From a virus (taxonomy: Duplodnaviria; Caudoviricetes): DNA of 43,666 bases. The stretch spans positions 1 to 43,666 of IMG/VR virus record IMGVR_UViG_3300033485_000036. One strand, 5' to 3'. The notes under the pieces are model-generated. The model made no database searches, had not been told where the DNA came from, and saw only the letters and a program-made list of their open reading frames with translations. Positions 33,813-43,522 of the stretch are shown here, piece after piece. The position numbers and the translations under genes were made by a program. The stretch's first letter is position 1, and each line of letters begins with the position of its first letter.

Positions 33813-34433
33813 CTAGGCTGGGGTGGCCGCAAGAATGAACTGCGGTAGGTCTACGGTGTCCTTAGTGAACACACGAGACCCAAATGAGGCGGGAAGCACA
33901 CCATATCCGAGGTCGGAAACGTCATTGTAGGCCATGTGGCAGTGAGACCACCCGTCAGGCACACATCCAAATGGTGCGCCCATATACTCCGAATGCCAGC
34001 ATCGAGCCCCGATCGACACATCGAACGAGTAGGCAGCCCAGTAAAGCACGTGGGGAGCAAGTGCGATGACGAGTGGTGTAGTATGGAATCCCTGGGCCTG
34101 ATTATCGGCCCCGAACGACCACACCAACAGGGAGTCAGGCAGATACCCTGTTCCCGACACGTACCTACTTGAATAGATGCCGCAATTCCAGGTTCCGGCT
34201 CCACTCGTAGACGACCGATACATTCCGCCCGTAGTCACATTTACCGCCAGCGGCACAGAGAACGGAGTCAGCCACATGCGCCTCGTAGGGAGTCCACCGC
34301 CGTCATAGACGGCGCTGGGCCCAGAAGGAGCGGTGAGGCGCCCGGGGGCGAACCGCGTGAAATTCACGAGCCCGATGTCGGTAGCGGCCGCACCACCGAC
34401 TCCTCCGCCCATGCCGCCGAACGAGAAGCCCAT
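33813..34433 (-). CDS. Putative tail-associated protein
   Basis: Gly-rich N-terminus; CGIY...PDSLL...YW. Confidence 0.55.
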   Translation of the reverse strand: MGFSFGGMGGGVGGAAATDIGLVNFTRFAPGRLTAPSGPSAVYDGGGLPTRRMWLTPFSVPLAVNVTTGGMYRSSTSGAGTWNCGIYSSRYVSGTGYLPDSLLVWSFGADNQAQGFHTTPLVIALAPHVLYWAAYSFDVSIGARCWHSEYMGAPFGCVPDGWSHCHMAYNDVSDLGYGVLPASFGSRVFTKDTVDLPQFILAATPA

Positions 34434-34435
34434 GA

Positions 34436-34690
34436 CTAGGTGCTCCTCGAGGAAGCGAACACCGTGACGGTCGCGCCGACCCCGCGCACCCACACTGACG
34501 ACCGCACATGGTCCGAGTAGGCAATGGAGGCGGTCGCTGTGCCCGGGGTGAGCGAGATGACGTTGGTCCCGCCGTCGAACGAGATCTGGGCCGCGGCGCC
34601 ATCGACGACAAAGCCCTGTGAGTCACTCCAAAACCCGAAACCCTGTTCGACGAACGAGCCAGTACCACTGATGACGAACTGCTTATCCAC
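34436..34690 (-). CDS. Small virion/hypothetical protein
   Basis: GTG start after GAGGTG; ISFDGG motif shared with the tail fibre. Confidence 0.55.
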   Translation of the reverse strand: MDKQFVISGTGSFVEQGFGFWSDSQGFVVDGAAAQISFDGGTNVISLTPGTATASIAYSDHVRSSVWVRGVGATVTVFASSRST

Positions 34691-34841
34691 GTTGCACCTC
34701 GTGTTGTCCGGTCCGCTCGCGCATGCGCTCAAGCGCCTCGTCAAGTCTTCGACCGGTCTGTTCCAACTCCACCGCACACGCCTTCATCGCCCGAGCCATC
34801 TGGGCGCGCACCGCGCGCGCCGCTTCAAGTTCCTGCTTCAC
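34683..34841 (-). CDS. Small coiled-coil protein (52 aa)
   Basis: GTGA overlap; MKQELEAARAVRAQM...; absent from the ORF track. Confidence 0.5.
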   Translation of the reverse strand: MKQELEAARAVRAQMARAMKACAVELEQTGRRLDEALERMRERTGQHEVQRG

Positions 34842-35110
34842 TGGCCACCTCTGCACTTGGATGTTGCTCTCTCGAGTGAGTCGAGGGCCTTGGCGATGAG
34901 TGCCGCGCCATCGGCAAGCTTGGTCGACAGCGGGACTGTCTGCATGAGCAGGTCGCGCTGGGCAGCAGCGTCGGCCTTAATGGTCTCGACGAGCTCTTTG
35001 CGCGCGGCCTCAAGCTGGCGGTAGAGGTACCCAGCGACGATCGTGGCGATCGTCGTCAGGCCGTATCCGCCGCTGGCGGTCAATAGCGCCTTAAGCTCAT
35101 CAGGCGGCAT
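34838..35110 (-). CDS. Putative holin (single TM plus coiled coil)
   Basis: GGAGG SD; GGYGLTTIATIVAGYLYR. Confidence 0.5.
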   Translation of the reverse strand: MPPDELKALLTASGGYGLTTIATIVAGYLYRQLEAARKELVETIKADAAAQRDLLMQTVPLSTKLADGAALIAKALDSLERATSKCRGGQ

Positions 35111-35111
35111 C

Positions 35112-36140
35112 TCACTGCCTCCCGTAGACCACAAAGCGAAACACGCGCGCCCTGCCGTCTTGCCAGGAAATGGGCGTCTCATTATTCCGTGGGTGGATAC
35201 CGAATTCGATCACGCTATTTGATACCGCAGTCCCATGAAGCATGGTTGGCTCAAAATACCCACCAACCTGCAACCACCATCCATACTTAGCCCATTCAGT
35301 GGTCACGACGCTATCTGTGTTGGCCATCGGGCTGGCGAGCGTCACTTGGCATTGAGTGTTACCGGTGAACCCCACGGACGCGACATTCAGGCCGCCAGTG
35401 ACAATAGCAACCCCACCAACAGTAACAGTGATGGTTCCGTATGCCTTCACCACATTGTCGGGTGTGACTTTGTTTAGGATCGCTGCATCCTGGGCCGTAT
35501 TGGGCCCCGTCATACTGACGTTTCCAGATGTGTTGACTCCAGCACACCCAACAGCACCCGTGAACGACCCGGACGCACCCGACACCGTGCCAGTGGCCGA
35601 CACACCGCCGGCGGTGCACGCAATGCTCTTTGTGGCCGACAGATACCCATCAACGACCTCGTCGCCGATCACATCGAGCGCGCGTTGTAGCCCGCCGGCA
35701 TGAGTCACCACTAATGCCGGGGCTGTGCTGCCAGGATCACTGTTGGTGATGGTGGCGGCGGTACCGCTCGCCGCGATCGCCGAAAGCGAACGGGTCGCAA
35801 CCGAGTCCGCATCGATCGAAGTAGAATCGAGCGACCCGGTGGTCGATGGCCCAGTCACCACCAACGCCTGACCTCCTCCGGTGTTCGAGATCTCGACCGC
35901 CGACTCAGAGGCATGCGCACGGATGAAGGAGTGACGACCTGTCCACGCCCACGCATCGGCCGCCATTCCAATGGCACTGTTGATGTACTCAGCCCAACGA
36001 TACGTCCAGTAGTGCAGCCAGTTGAAGACCTGTGCCGATGGAGCCTGATCTGTGCCCCAACCAACCGACTGCTCACCGACCGGCGTGGTGATGTTGACGG
36101 CCGTCGTATCCCAAGTCGGCAGTGTAGTGGGCTTCGGCAC
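35112..36140 (-). CDS. Baseplate-attached tail fibre protein
   Basis: N-terminal GW...QAPSAQVFNWL...Y.W..Y motif; G/T/S-rich; VKAYG C-domain. Confidence 0.8.
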   Translation of the reverse strand: MPKPTTLPTWDTTAVNITTPVGEQSVGWGTDQAPSAQVFNWLHYWTYRWAEYINSAIGMAADAWAWTGRHSFIRAHASESAVEISNTGGGQALVVTGPSTTGSLDSTSIDADSVATRSLSAIAASGTAATITNSDPGSTAPALVVTHAGGLQRALDVIGDEVVDGYLSATKSIACTAGGVSATGTVSGASGSFTGAVGCAGVNTSGNVSMTGPNTAQDAAILNKVTPDNVVKAYGTITVTVGGVAIVTGGLNVASVGFTGNTQCQVTLASPMANTDSVVTTEWAKYGWWLQVGGYFEPTMLHGTAVSNSVIEFGIHPRNNETPISWQDGRARVFRFVVYGRQ

Positions 36141-36141
36141 G

Positions 36142-36987
36142 TCATGCCTCCATTGAATACAGCACGGAACCGTCACCAAAGGATGACGTTCCAAAACGAA
36201 AGACACTGTGGTGGGTGGTGCGTATCGCACCAATCAAGACCCTGACCCCGGCGGGTGCAGCCGATCGAAGTATCCTGGCCATGGCCTGGTAGGTCTGCTC
36301 GCTCATTCCGTCAGTGCCCTCGACGCGAACCTGTCCTGAGTGGCATGGGGGTGATGACCATGGTGAAGTTGCATCCGATGATTCGCCACCATCGTCCAGA
36401 TAGACCCCGGACGGAAACATATTGGAGGCCACCCCCAACAGATCCGAGATGCGACCCCAGCTCGAATTTGCGGCCGCACGAGCGAGCACGCGTCGTCTCG
36501 CAAGAACATCTGGGTCAGTGGTTGAGCGACGCTCCCCAACGATCCTAGCGCAACCAGCCAGCCACACATTGTCTGCCGGATAGAGGTCGGAATCCGACAC
36601 ATGAGCCCCGCCGGCCCCAACAGAGATCGGATCACCAAGGCGCATCGGGCCGGTGATGTCGGTGAGGGTCAACTCCCACTGCGGTGAGATGCTTCCGCCA
36701 CCGGGGTCCGTCTGGACGGCTGCGCCGACATGTCCAGTAGCCAGCGTCTCAAGATCTGATACCAGATCTCCTACGGCCGGAGTTACCGAACTGCGAAGTA
36801 GGATGTGGTCATGCGTGTAGGTCCTATCGAGGTCGCGCACCGCCTCCCCGAGAGCCAAGATCGCCGAGTCTGCCGCTTGTAGCTGGGCGGCAAACTGACC
36901 CATGACGCCGCCGGCCACTGGCGACAAGGCTGGGGAATCCACGAGGCGCGCGGGGAGGCGAGACTGCATCTTGGCGGAGTAATCCAT
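36142..36987 (-). CDS. Baseplate wedge protein (DUF2612-like)
   Basis: L...ARIVG.RR, ARAAANSS.G, PAGVRV. Confidence 0.65.
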   Translation of the reverse strand: MDYSAKMQSRLPARLVDSPALSPVAGGVMGQFAAQLQAADSAILALGEAVRDLDRTYTHDHILLRSSVTPAVGDLVSDLETLATGHVGAAVQTDPGGGSISPQWELTLTDITGPMRLGDPISVGAGGAHVSDSDLYPADNVWLAGCARIVGERRSTTDPDVLARRRVLARAAANSSWGRISDLLGVASNMFPSGVYLDDGGESSDATSPWSSPPCHSGQVRVEGTDGMSEQTYQAMARILRSAAPAGVRVLIGAIRTTHHSVFRFGTSSFGDGSVLYSMEA

Positions 36988-37617
36988 TTATTTTACCTTG
37001 ACGATCTGTGAGGTGTACCCAGCTGCGAGCGCGGCTTGAAGTGTAGTGGCGGCAGTCGCAATCGGACTCAGTGGACCGACACAGGCACACAGCGATGTAA
37101 CGAAGGCGTCGAATGCTGTCTTGAATGTGGTACCCAGCATGACGGCTTCGGTAGCGGAAACTCCGTGCCCAACCCCAAGGTGAACCACCGACGAGCCAAT
37201 TGCGACGCGCGGAGAGCCAGAGTCAGAGGCCCCAAAGACGGCCCTCGATGGGTCGACATTGGCTAGCGGGGCCGACCCCGGGCGTCCCCCTAGAAGCGCG
37301 AAACAGTCTGCGCGTGCGTGTGAGCGCGCATCGGCTGGGGTGGTTGCGCGCCCAGTCCACCATTCGTCAAGCGATGCGTCGACGAACACCAGGATCACCC
37401 GGTCACCCCTGGCCACCGGCAGTGTCATGGCGTATCCCCCTGACGACGGGAATACGATTGGCACCTGCGAGATGACGCCCTGATCGGCCCCGATGCTCGG
37501 GACCGCATCGATCGTCTGGTTGGCCGAATCGTATGACTCGACGGTGGCCGGTAGACACACGTGCAACTCAGAGGCCTGTCGCGCCAGACTGGCCGCCATC
37601 ATGTCGGCAAGCGTCAT
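36988..37617 (-). CDS. Baseplate spike (gp138 N-terminal-like)
   Basis: LHVCLPATVESYD, VPIVFPSSGG, LPVARGD, LDEW, RSH..AD. Confidence 0.82.
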   Translation of the reverse strand: MTLADMMAASLARQASELHVCLPATVESYDSANQTIDAVPSIGADQGVISQVPIVFPSSGGYAMTLPVARGDRVILVFVDASLDEWWTGRATTPADARSHARADCFALLGGRPGSAPLANVDPSRAVFGASDSGSPRVAIGSSVVHLGVGHGVSATEAVMLGTTFKTAFDAFVTSLCACVGPLSPIATAATTLQAALAAGYTSQIVKVK

Positions 37618-38462
37618 GGATACACCTCGATGCTCGAAAACCACTCAGAACCCTCAGAGTCGCCACTGTGCCCGACCGACTTGACACGATACTGCCCGGT
37701 CAACGTAACAGACTCCACCGACACCATGGAACCCGGGTAGATCCTGGGCTGCAATAAGGCCTTGATGGTATGACCCTTTGGTGATTTGTCGGGTGGAGAC
37801 CCAGGGGGCTTGCGGCCTGCAACAGTCGGATACCCGACAAGGCCAGAATTGGCCGTGAGTGACACCACCTGGCCAACCCCCACGGCGGACGCCTCCCGTA
37901 GCACCACGAGATCTCCAGACTGCACCGACACGGAGAGACCCCCAACCGCCAGGACGCGCGCGAGCTCGGACATGGCGCGACCGCGACAGGAGTAACCCCT
38001 GGGATAGGCGGGTGCGATGGCGGTCGAGATGACGGAGGCCGCGTTTCCAATCCCGACCCCACACGCCCCGGACACAGCCCTGCATGCAGCCATGGCCACC
38101 GTAGCCCAGGAAGTGGAGCCCTTGTAGGCCAGGGAGATGGAGCCGGACCCAGCCGCATCCGACGCCTTGATGGAGGTGATGACGTCACCCCCTGATGGGA
38201 TGGCCGGCTGCACCTCGTACACGGCCCCACGAAAGATGCTTCCCGACACGTCCACAAACCCAGCCGACAGGTCCAGGATGGCGCCACGCTTGATTTGCGC
38301 TCGCGTCGTCTCAGCCAGGTTGTAGATCTTGATATCGGCTAAATTGGCGTGGGTAGAGTCATCACGCTTGACGTCAAACGCAACCCTGGCACCGGACACC
38401 ACCATCACCGTGGCTCCTACGCGCAACTCCAGCGACACCACACGCCGATACAGGTCGATCAT
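37614..38462 (-). CDS. Baseplate hub protein
   Basis: ADIKIYNL, LSAGF, IFRG, SGLVGYP, LLQP.I.PG, HSGDS.G..W. Confidence 0.85.
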   Translation of the reverse strand: MIDLYRRVVSLELRVGATVMVVSGARVAFDVKRDDSTHANLADIKIYNLAETTRAQIKRGAILDLSAGFVDVSGSIFRGAVYEVQPAIPSGGDVITSIKASDAAGSGSISLAYKGSTSWATVAMAACRAVSGACGVGIGNAASVISTAIAPAYPRGYSCRGRAMSELARVLAVGGLSVSVQSGDLVVLREASAVGVGQVVSLTANSGLVGYPTVAGRKPPGSPPDKSPKGHTIKALLQPRIYPGSMVSVESVTLTGQYRVKSVGHSGDSEGSEWFSSIEVYP

Positions 38463-39664
38463 GTGTCGCTCACGTGGGTCACGGAAACCGAAATCCGCGA
38501 GGAGTCGAACGATGCCACCTCCCTCCGATCCAACACCACCTCGCGCCCCCCAGGAAGGGGAGTGGTATTAACAGAAACCGTAACGTCGTACATGTAGTCA
38601 GCAATTCCGAGGATGGCAGATTCGATACGACCCGCCACCACGTTATTGCCTGGACGGTAGCTGCTTTCGAGGGAGATGATTTTGGCTTTGACGGCAGCAA
38701 CAACCGCGGCACTCGATGGCTCTGTGCCATCGGTCCGAACGGCGACACTTACGTAGATGTCGAGATCGTAGGGTCTGGTGTAACGCACTGTCCTAAGTAC
38801 TCCACCCGAGTCACGAGCGGTAAGTTCGCGCGTGCCATGTGACCGAATGCCGGCGGGCTTGGCCGCCAGGATGGCGTCTGCAATTGCCTGCTGCTGCGCC
38901 AGGGAGTCATCGACATGTGATGCCACGACCTCGAATGAGTGGCCCGGGAGGCCATCTGAGTCGGTCGCGTCATCATCATTGTTGTAGACGTAGCAGTCGC
39001 CCACGCTGCCGGTGGGCTTGACGGCCAGCACCCTCGCACGAATTCCGTCGACCGATGCACCCCCAATGCCGCGCAGCGAGGTCTCACGCCGCGCGCGCCA
39101 CGCGACCTCGGCCTCAAGATCCGACCCCACGTAGACAGCGTCAAGAGGCTGTGACACCGACAACAGACCCGCCACCGGGGTGTCAATAGTGGTGAGGTAG
39201 CCAGCGTAAAACGGCAATGGACCCGTCTCTACGGCCTTGACTCGCGTGCTCACGCCACCACTCACCAGCGTCACCACTGACGTTGTTTCGGCCGCGTGTG
39301 TGCCAGGACCCGCCGAAAACACGGTCCCGATCGGGACGATGGTGCCAGGGGTGCCATCAAGCACCACATCAATGAGTGAGCTCTGGGGTTGGAGACGGTC
39401 ACACGCCGTGAACCTGGCGATAGCCGCGAAGCTCGCACCGGTCGCCCCGTCTGGGTACGCCTGGCAGTAGGCCAGGTAGGCCTGTTCCCAGACTCCAGCC
39501 ACGGCATCGGCCATGAGGCCAAGCTCAATCCCAAGTACGGAATCCGATGACGTATCGGTGTCTGGACCATATTGGAGCAGCGCGGCATCTTGCAATTCGG
39601 CGAGAATGACGGCCCTTGGCTTGGGGACGAAACCAGTTGCAGTCACACCGTATTCAGTCGTCAT
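38459..39664 (-). CDS. Baseplate J/gp47-family wedge protein
   Basis: YGVTATGF, GTPGT.VP.G, GSD.E, GLPGHSFEVV, KPAGI..HG. Confidence 0.9.
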   Translation of the reverse strand: MTTEYGVTATGFVPKPRAVILAELQDAALLQYGPDTDTSSDSVLGIELGLMADAVAGVWEQAYLAYCQAYPDGATGASFAAIARFTACDRLQPQSSLIDVVLDGTPGTIVPIGTVFSAGPGTHAAETTSVVTLVSGGVSTRVKAVETGPLPFYAGYLTTIDTPVAGLLSVSQPLDAVYVGSDLEAEVAWRARRETSLRGIGGASVDGIRARVLAVKPTGSVGDCYVYNNDDDATDSDGLPGHSFEVVASHVDDSLAQQQAIADAILAAKPAGIRSHGTRELTARDSGGVLRTVRYTRPYDLDIYVSVAVRTDGTEPSSAAVVAAVKAKIISLESSYRPGNNVVAGRIESAILGIADYMYDVTVSVNTTPLPGGREVVLDRREVASFDSSRISVSVTHVSDT

Positions 39665-39984
39665 ACCGTAACCCCGATCGAGCCGAGCTCACCACGAATC
39701 CTGAGCGACACCGACACATGGCGATCCGTATCCGAGATGTCGATCTGTGTGACCTCGAGAACCCCAGCAACATCCATGACCTCGGCACGGATTTGCGTGC
39801 GCAGACGGTCAACGCGAAGCGGCTTGGAGCCCAGCACATCGACTGGCAGCCCGGACCCAAGGTCCAGATACCACTCCCCTTGCAGGCGCGACAGCCGCAA
39901 GAACACGCGCTGACCCAAGGCCTCAAGACCCGTGACTACTCCACCGGTGCGCGCCAACGTGCGCCTGTCAATCGCCAAGTCCAT
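39661..39984 (-). CDS. Baseplate wedge/sheath initiator
   Basis: RL....GEWYLD..SGLP; GVLEV. Confidence 0.75.
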   Translation of the reverse strand: MDLAIDRRTLARTGGVVTGLEALGQRVFLRLSRLQGEWYLDLGSGLPVDVLGSKPLRVDRLRTQIRAEVMDVAGVLEVTQIDISDTDRHVSVSLRIRGELGSIGVTV

Positions 39985-40403
39985 CAGACCCCAAAGTAAA
40001 TCAGCTCACACCGACAGCCGTCGCCAAGATCCGATAGCCCCGGGGCAACATCTCCGTCACCAGACACAGCCACACACACAAGCACACCGCCATAACCAAG
40101 GTCGTGCCCAGAAAACAATGGACACCCAGTCAACAGGCGTTGGCCACTCACGAGGCGCTCACCCGACTCGGACTTGGCCGAAACCGTCCACCCGCCCACA
40201 ATCTCGAGGTAGGCGAACTCCAAAACCAGGCGCGCACCTCCGAGATCGACCGGGAGGTCATACCACCATGTCCCATCATGACGTGTAGGCAGGACCGTCA
40301 TGTCTCCGGTCCACAACTCCTCGACAACCTCAACCAGCGATGACGAACCAGATGGAGCCACCTCGTCACCAAAAACCCAAGCCAACTCCCCGAGCGTAGC
40401 CAT
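39984..40403 (-). CDS. Baseplate protein
   Basis: Synteny; LGDGCRCELIYF C-terminus. Confidence 0.6.
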   Translation of the reverse strand: MATLGELAWVFGDEVAPSGSSSLVEVVEELWTGDMTVLPTRHDGTWWYDLPVDLGGARLVLEFAYLEIVGGWTVSAKSESGERLVSGQRLLTGCPLFSGHDLGYGGVLVCVAVSGDGDVAPGLSDLGDGCRCELIYFGV

Positions 40404-40967
40404 TTACTCAGCCCCCATTCCGAGCCAACCACGGATCGCGTCGACCCCGCCGTCGCGAGCCTTGGCCGCAAGACTCTTCCGCTTCCTGCCGCTCTTCTCG
40501 GCCTCCTCCTTCTTAGCCTTGGCCTCGTCTGCGAGCTTCTTCGTGCGACCCAGCACCGGCTTTCCAGCGACGACCGACACCGTTGCCAGGCGCACCCTTG
40601 AGAATGTCAGGCTCAGCTTTTGGGTGGACGGGTCACCAGTGCGCGACCATGACAGGCTCTTGAGCACCATTGCGTCCCAGATTCCTCCGTCAGTCGTCAC
40701 CCGAAGCAGCTCGCCATTGGCTTGCAGCATCAAGAGTCGAGACTTGACAGCCTCAACCTGTCCGGGCATGGCGTCTCCATACAGGCCAATGTCCGATACC
40801 ATAGCATCAATACGTAGGACGATCGACTTTACCGAGCAGTCGAAGGCCACGAAGCCCGATTGCGTCGGGGCCGACGGCACATCAGCCTCATAGCTCGGGG
40901 CCTCAACCAACAAGGCCTCGAACGCTATGCCGACCCCATTTTCCCAGTCAATTGTTGTTACGTTCAT
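40404..40967 (-). CDS. Dit-like/tube-initiator baseplate protein
   Basis: Follows the tape measure; P.QSG...D; MVLKSLS; LTFSRVR. Confidence 0.65.
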   Translation of the reverse strand: MNVTTIDWENGVGIAFEALLVEAPSYEADVPSAPTQSGFVAFDCSVKSIVLRIDAMVSDIGLYGDAMPGQVEAVKSRLLMLQANGELLRVTTDGGIWDAMVLKSLSWSRTGDPSTQKLSLTFSRVRLATVSVVAGKPVLGRTKKLADEAKAKKEEAEKSGRKRKSLAAKARDGGVDAIRGWLGMGAE

Positions 40968-42460
40968 GGTGACCCCATCGAAACGAACTCATCTCGCACC
41001 TTATTATCCCACCATGCGTCCATGGCTTTAGCCACGTGTCCACCGACTTCAGACGTGTTGACGCCGGTGGGCAACTGCACATTGACGGTGCTGTTGATGG
41101 CGACCGAAGCGGCCGCTTTGCGTTGCTCTCCGGATCGGACCGCGAGGGCCAGATCGAGCGCCTCCTCAGAAGCCGTCTTGGGGGTTCCCGGGAACACACC
41201 GGGCTCGCTGCCCGGGGGCATGAAACCTCCACCACCGGCAATTCGACCGACCACATCAGCTATCGCAGTAGCCACGGTGAAGATGTGATCCAGGTAGGGC
41301 CCGAGCGTGTAGATCCAGGAATCGCGCGGGAGGTCCCCTGAGAGCGCCAGCACCACGTCTTTCAACCCCTTCAAGGCCTTGATTATTCCGGAGTCGCTCT
41401 CTTTGATGGGCTCCATGAACATGTCGCGAATGCGACCGATCATCGAGTCGCCGCCCTCCATGAAGGTGGAGATGTCGTCAGCAAGGATATAGAGCGCCGC
41501 GAACCCGGCGGCAAAACCGATCATCGACGGAAGCACCGACGCGAACGCCATGGCTACACTCGGGAGGACATAGAGCGCCAGCCCCTCAAGGGCGGTAATC
41601 AGGACGTTGATCCCGGTTTCGGGGTGCGCCTCAAGGAAGGATGCCACGCCCTTCGCGAGCTCGGCCAACGCCTTCAACACCCCGCCCATCACCCGCCCCA
41701 ATACCTCCATGGTGGCCTTGGCGCCCTTGGAGCGGGCGATCTCCCCCAGGGCGTCTTGGAGTGCTGTCAGTGCTCCGATGACCTCTGGCGAAGCAAAGGT
41801 GTTGCGCAAACCTTCAAACGACATGCGCATTTTCTTGGCCGACTCATCCCATGCACCGGAGGCCTTGATTGCCTCTTCCGAAAGTACGACCCCGGTGGCA
41901 ACAACCTGCTCGCGTAGTGCCGCCAGTGCGCTGCGCCCCATCCCCATCATTCCCACCATGTCACGCGACCCACGACCCATCAGCTTGAGGGTTGCCGCGA
42001 CTCGAGTGGCGCCAGCCGGTAGAGAACTGATGTGGTCAGCAACATCCCCAAGTACATCCATCAGCGGGCGCAAATTACCCTCAGCATCCGTTGACGAGAT
42101 ACCACCCATGGCCTCGACGGCTTCCGTCGACCCCTCCGCGGCGGCCGCCATCTGGCGAGACAAGAACCCAAGGGACGAAGTGAATGTCTCGGCCTTTACG
42201 TCGGCCAATTCCGCAGCACCACTCCATTCCTGGAATTCACGAGTCGATACACCAAAGGTTCCTGCCAGCGACTCAATTTCATCGCCGGTCTCAGCCGTCT
42301 TTCGGATTGCATCTACCGCGTATTCGAACGGCTTAACCAATTGCTCGGCAACCGTCTTCAGGCCGTCGAGCGCGGCCTTGGCATTGGCCCAGTCCCCAGT
42401 CTTCATTTTGACGCCAAGCGTCGCTACGAGATCCATGACATTCAGAGCTGCGCCGCTCAT
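40964..42460 (-). CDS. Tail tape measure protein
   Basis: 498 aa, Ala/Gly-rich helical with a hydrophobic segment; ADDI..F..GGDS.IG. Confidence 0.85.
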   Translation of the reverse strand: MSGAALNVMDLVATLGVKMKTGDWANAKAALDGLKTVAEQLVKPFEYAVDAIRKTAETGDEIESLAGTFGVSTREFQEWSGAAELADVKAETFTSSLGFLSRQMAAAAEGSTEAVEAMGGISSTDAEGNLRPLMDVLGDVADHISSLPAGATRVAATLKLMGRGSRDMVGMMGMGRSALAALREQVVATGVVLSEEAIKASGAWDESAKKMRMSFEGLRNTFASPEVIGALTALQDALGEIARSKGAKATMEVLGRVMGGVLKALAELAKGVASFLEAHPETGINVLITALEGLALYVLPSVAMAFASVLPSMIGFAAGFAALYILADDISTFMEGGDSMIGRIRDMFMEPIKESDSGIIKALKGLKDVVLALSGDLPRDSWIYTLGPYLDHIFTVATAIADVVGRIAGGGGFMPPGSEPGVFPGTPKTASEEALDLALAVRSGEQRKAAASVAINSTVNVQLPTGVNTSEVGGHVAKAMDAWWDNKVRDEFVSMGSP

Positions 42461-42591
42461 TTTGAAACTCGCTTCCTTGTGGCTTCCATGAGTCGATGGA
42501 TCTCTCCAAGCGCTACCACGTCTCCAACTGACAGGACCGTATCAGCCTCGACGTAACTACAGAGCGGAGGATCGCGCAGGATGAGCGGCAT
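42457..42591 (-). CDS. Tail assembly chaperone, second part
   Basis: TAATG overlap with the TAC; frame open about 200 nt further upstream. Confidence 0.55.
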   Translation of the reverse strand: MPLILRDPPLCSYVEADTVLSVGDVVALGEIHRLMEATRKRVSK

Positions 42592-43088
42592 TAATATGCC
42601 GAGGGCTTCGACTTCTGGGTCGACTCCGGTGCTTGGGGTGGAGACTTTGTCACCCGTACAGTCGGTACAGACGCCACAGGTGCAGCCGGGAGCAGACCCT
42701 TGAGCAGACTGACCAGCCCCGTCGGGTCGCTCAGAGCCCCCAGGGCCTTCGAAAAAGACTTGGGATAGTTCCCACGGAGAGCCACCCACAACAACTCGAG
42801 CACTGTCTCCGCGTCCGAGAGGTTCATAAACCTATCGAAGTCGAAATACTCCACCTTGCCGTCGACCTCACGCACTCCGACTCGAGCCAGCAGGGCCCGC
42901 TGAACGAACTCGAAATCCTCATCCGTGAGCCACGCGAGCTTTGGTGAGCCGATCGAAGCAAGGCCCTGCGACACGATGGACCCCAGCCTGTTGGCCAGCC
43001 GAAGGGCCTGTACCGCAGGGAGTTGCTTGACCTCAAGCACCACCGACCGGCCACAGAAGGTCGTTTCGTGTCGCAGGGTCGCGAGCAT
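42591..43088 (-). CDS. Tail assembly chaperone
   Basis: Between the tube and tape measure; ALRGNY..F motif. Confidence 0.7.
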   Translation of the reverse strand: MLATLRHETTFCGRSVVLEVKQLPAVQALRLANRLGSIVSQGLASIGSPKLAWLTDEDFEFVQRALLARVGVREVDGKVEYFDFDRFMNLSDAETVLELLWVALRGNYPKSFSKALGALSDPTGLVSLLKGLLPAAPVASVPTVRVTKSPPQAPESTQKSKPSAY

Positions 43089-43513
43089 TAGAAGAGGCTC
43101 CCGCCGAGCGCGGTGACTGCAGATGCGCCCTCAAGCTTCCAGGTGACGCTGCCTTCGGACTTTCCGAACTCACCCGGGGGTTGCGCAACAACCCAAGCGA
43201 TGGCCACAGAACACACCATGCGGCCTCCAAGATCCTCGATCTGCAGTGGGAACGGCATGGTTCCCGTCTCCGAGTCGGTGTCGAAGAGCGCCTGAAGGTG
43301 GGCGTTCGAGGGCGAGCTCGCCAGAAGCACAATCTCGATGTCAACCCGACGGTCGGCCGACTTCGAGCGCACAACGGCGCCGTCGGCCCCAACCGTGGTT
43401 TCGAACCTGGGGGACTTGGGGGAGATCTTCAGGAAGCCATCCTCCCCCATGCCAGTGAGGGGGACACCCTCTGCGGTGATTACGACGCGCTGCGCAGAAT
43501 ACGTCTTGAACAT
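43088..43513 (-). CDS. Tail tube protein (DUF3277-like)
   Basis: KTYS...V....GVP.TG..ED, VGADG, SSPSN..L, FGK......W. Confidence 0.85.
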   Translation of the reverse strand: MFKTYSAQRVVITAEGVPLTGMGEDGFLKISPKSPRFETTVGADGAVVRSKSADRRVDIEIVLLASSPSNAHLQALFDTDSETGTMPFPLQIEDLGGRMVCSVAIAWVVAQPPGEFGKSEGSVTWKLEGASAVTALGGSLF

Positions 43514-43522
43514 GGTGTCTCC

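Noticed and set aside
32320-36140. Diversity-generating retroelement or invertible tail-fibre cassette
   Set aside because: No reverse transcriptase, invertase or TR/VR repeat pair seen
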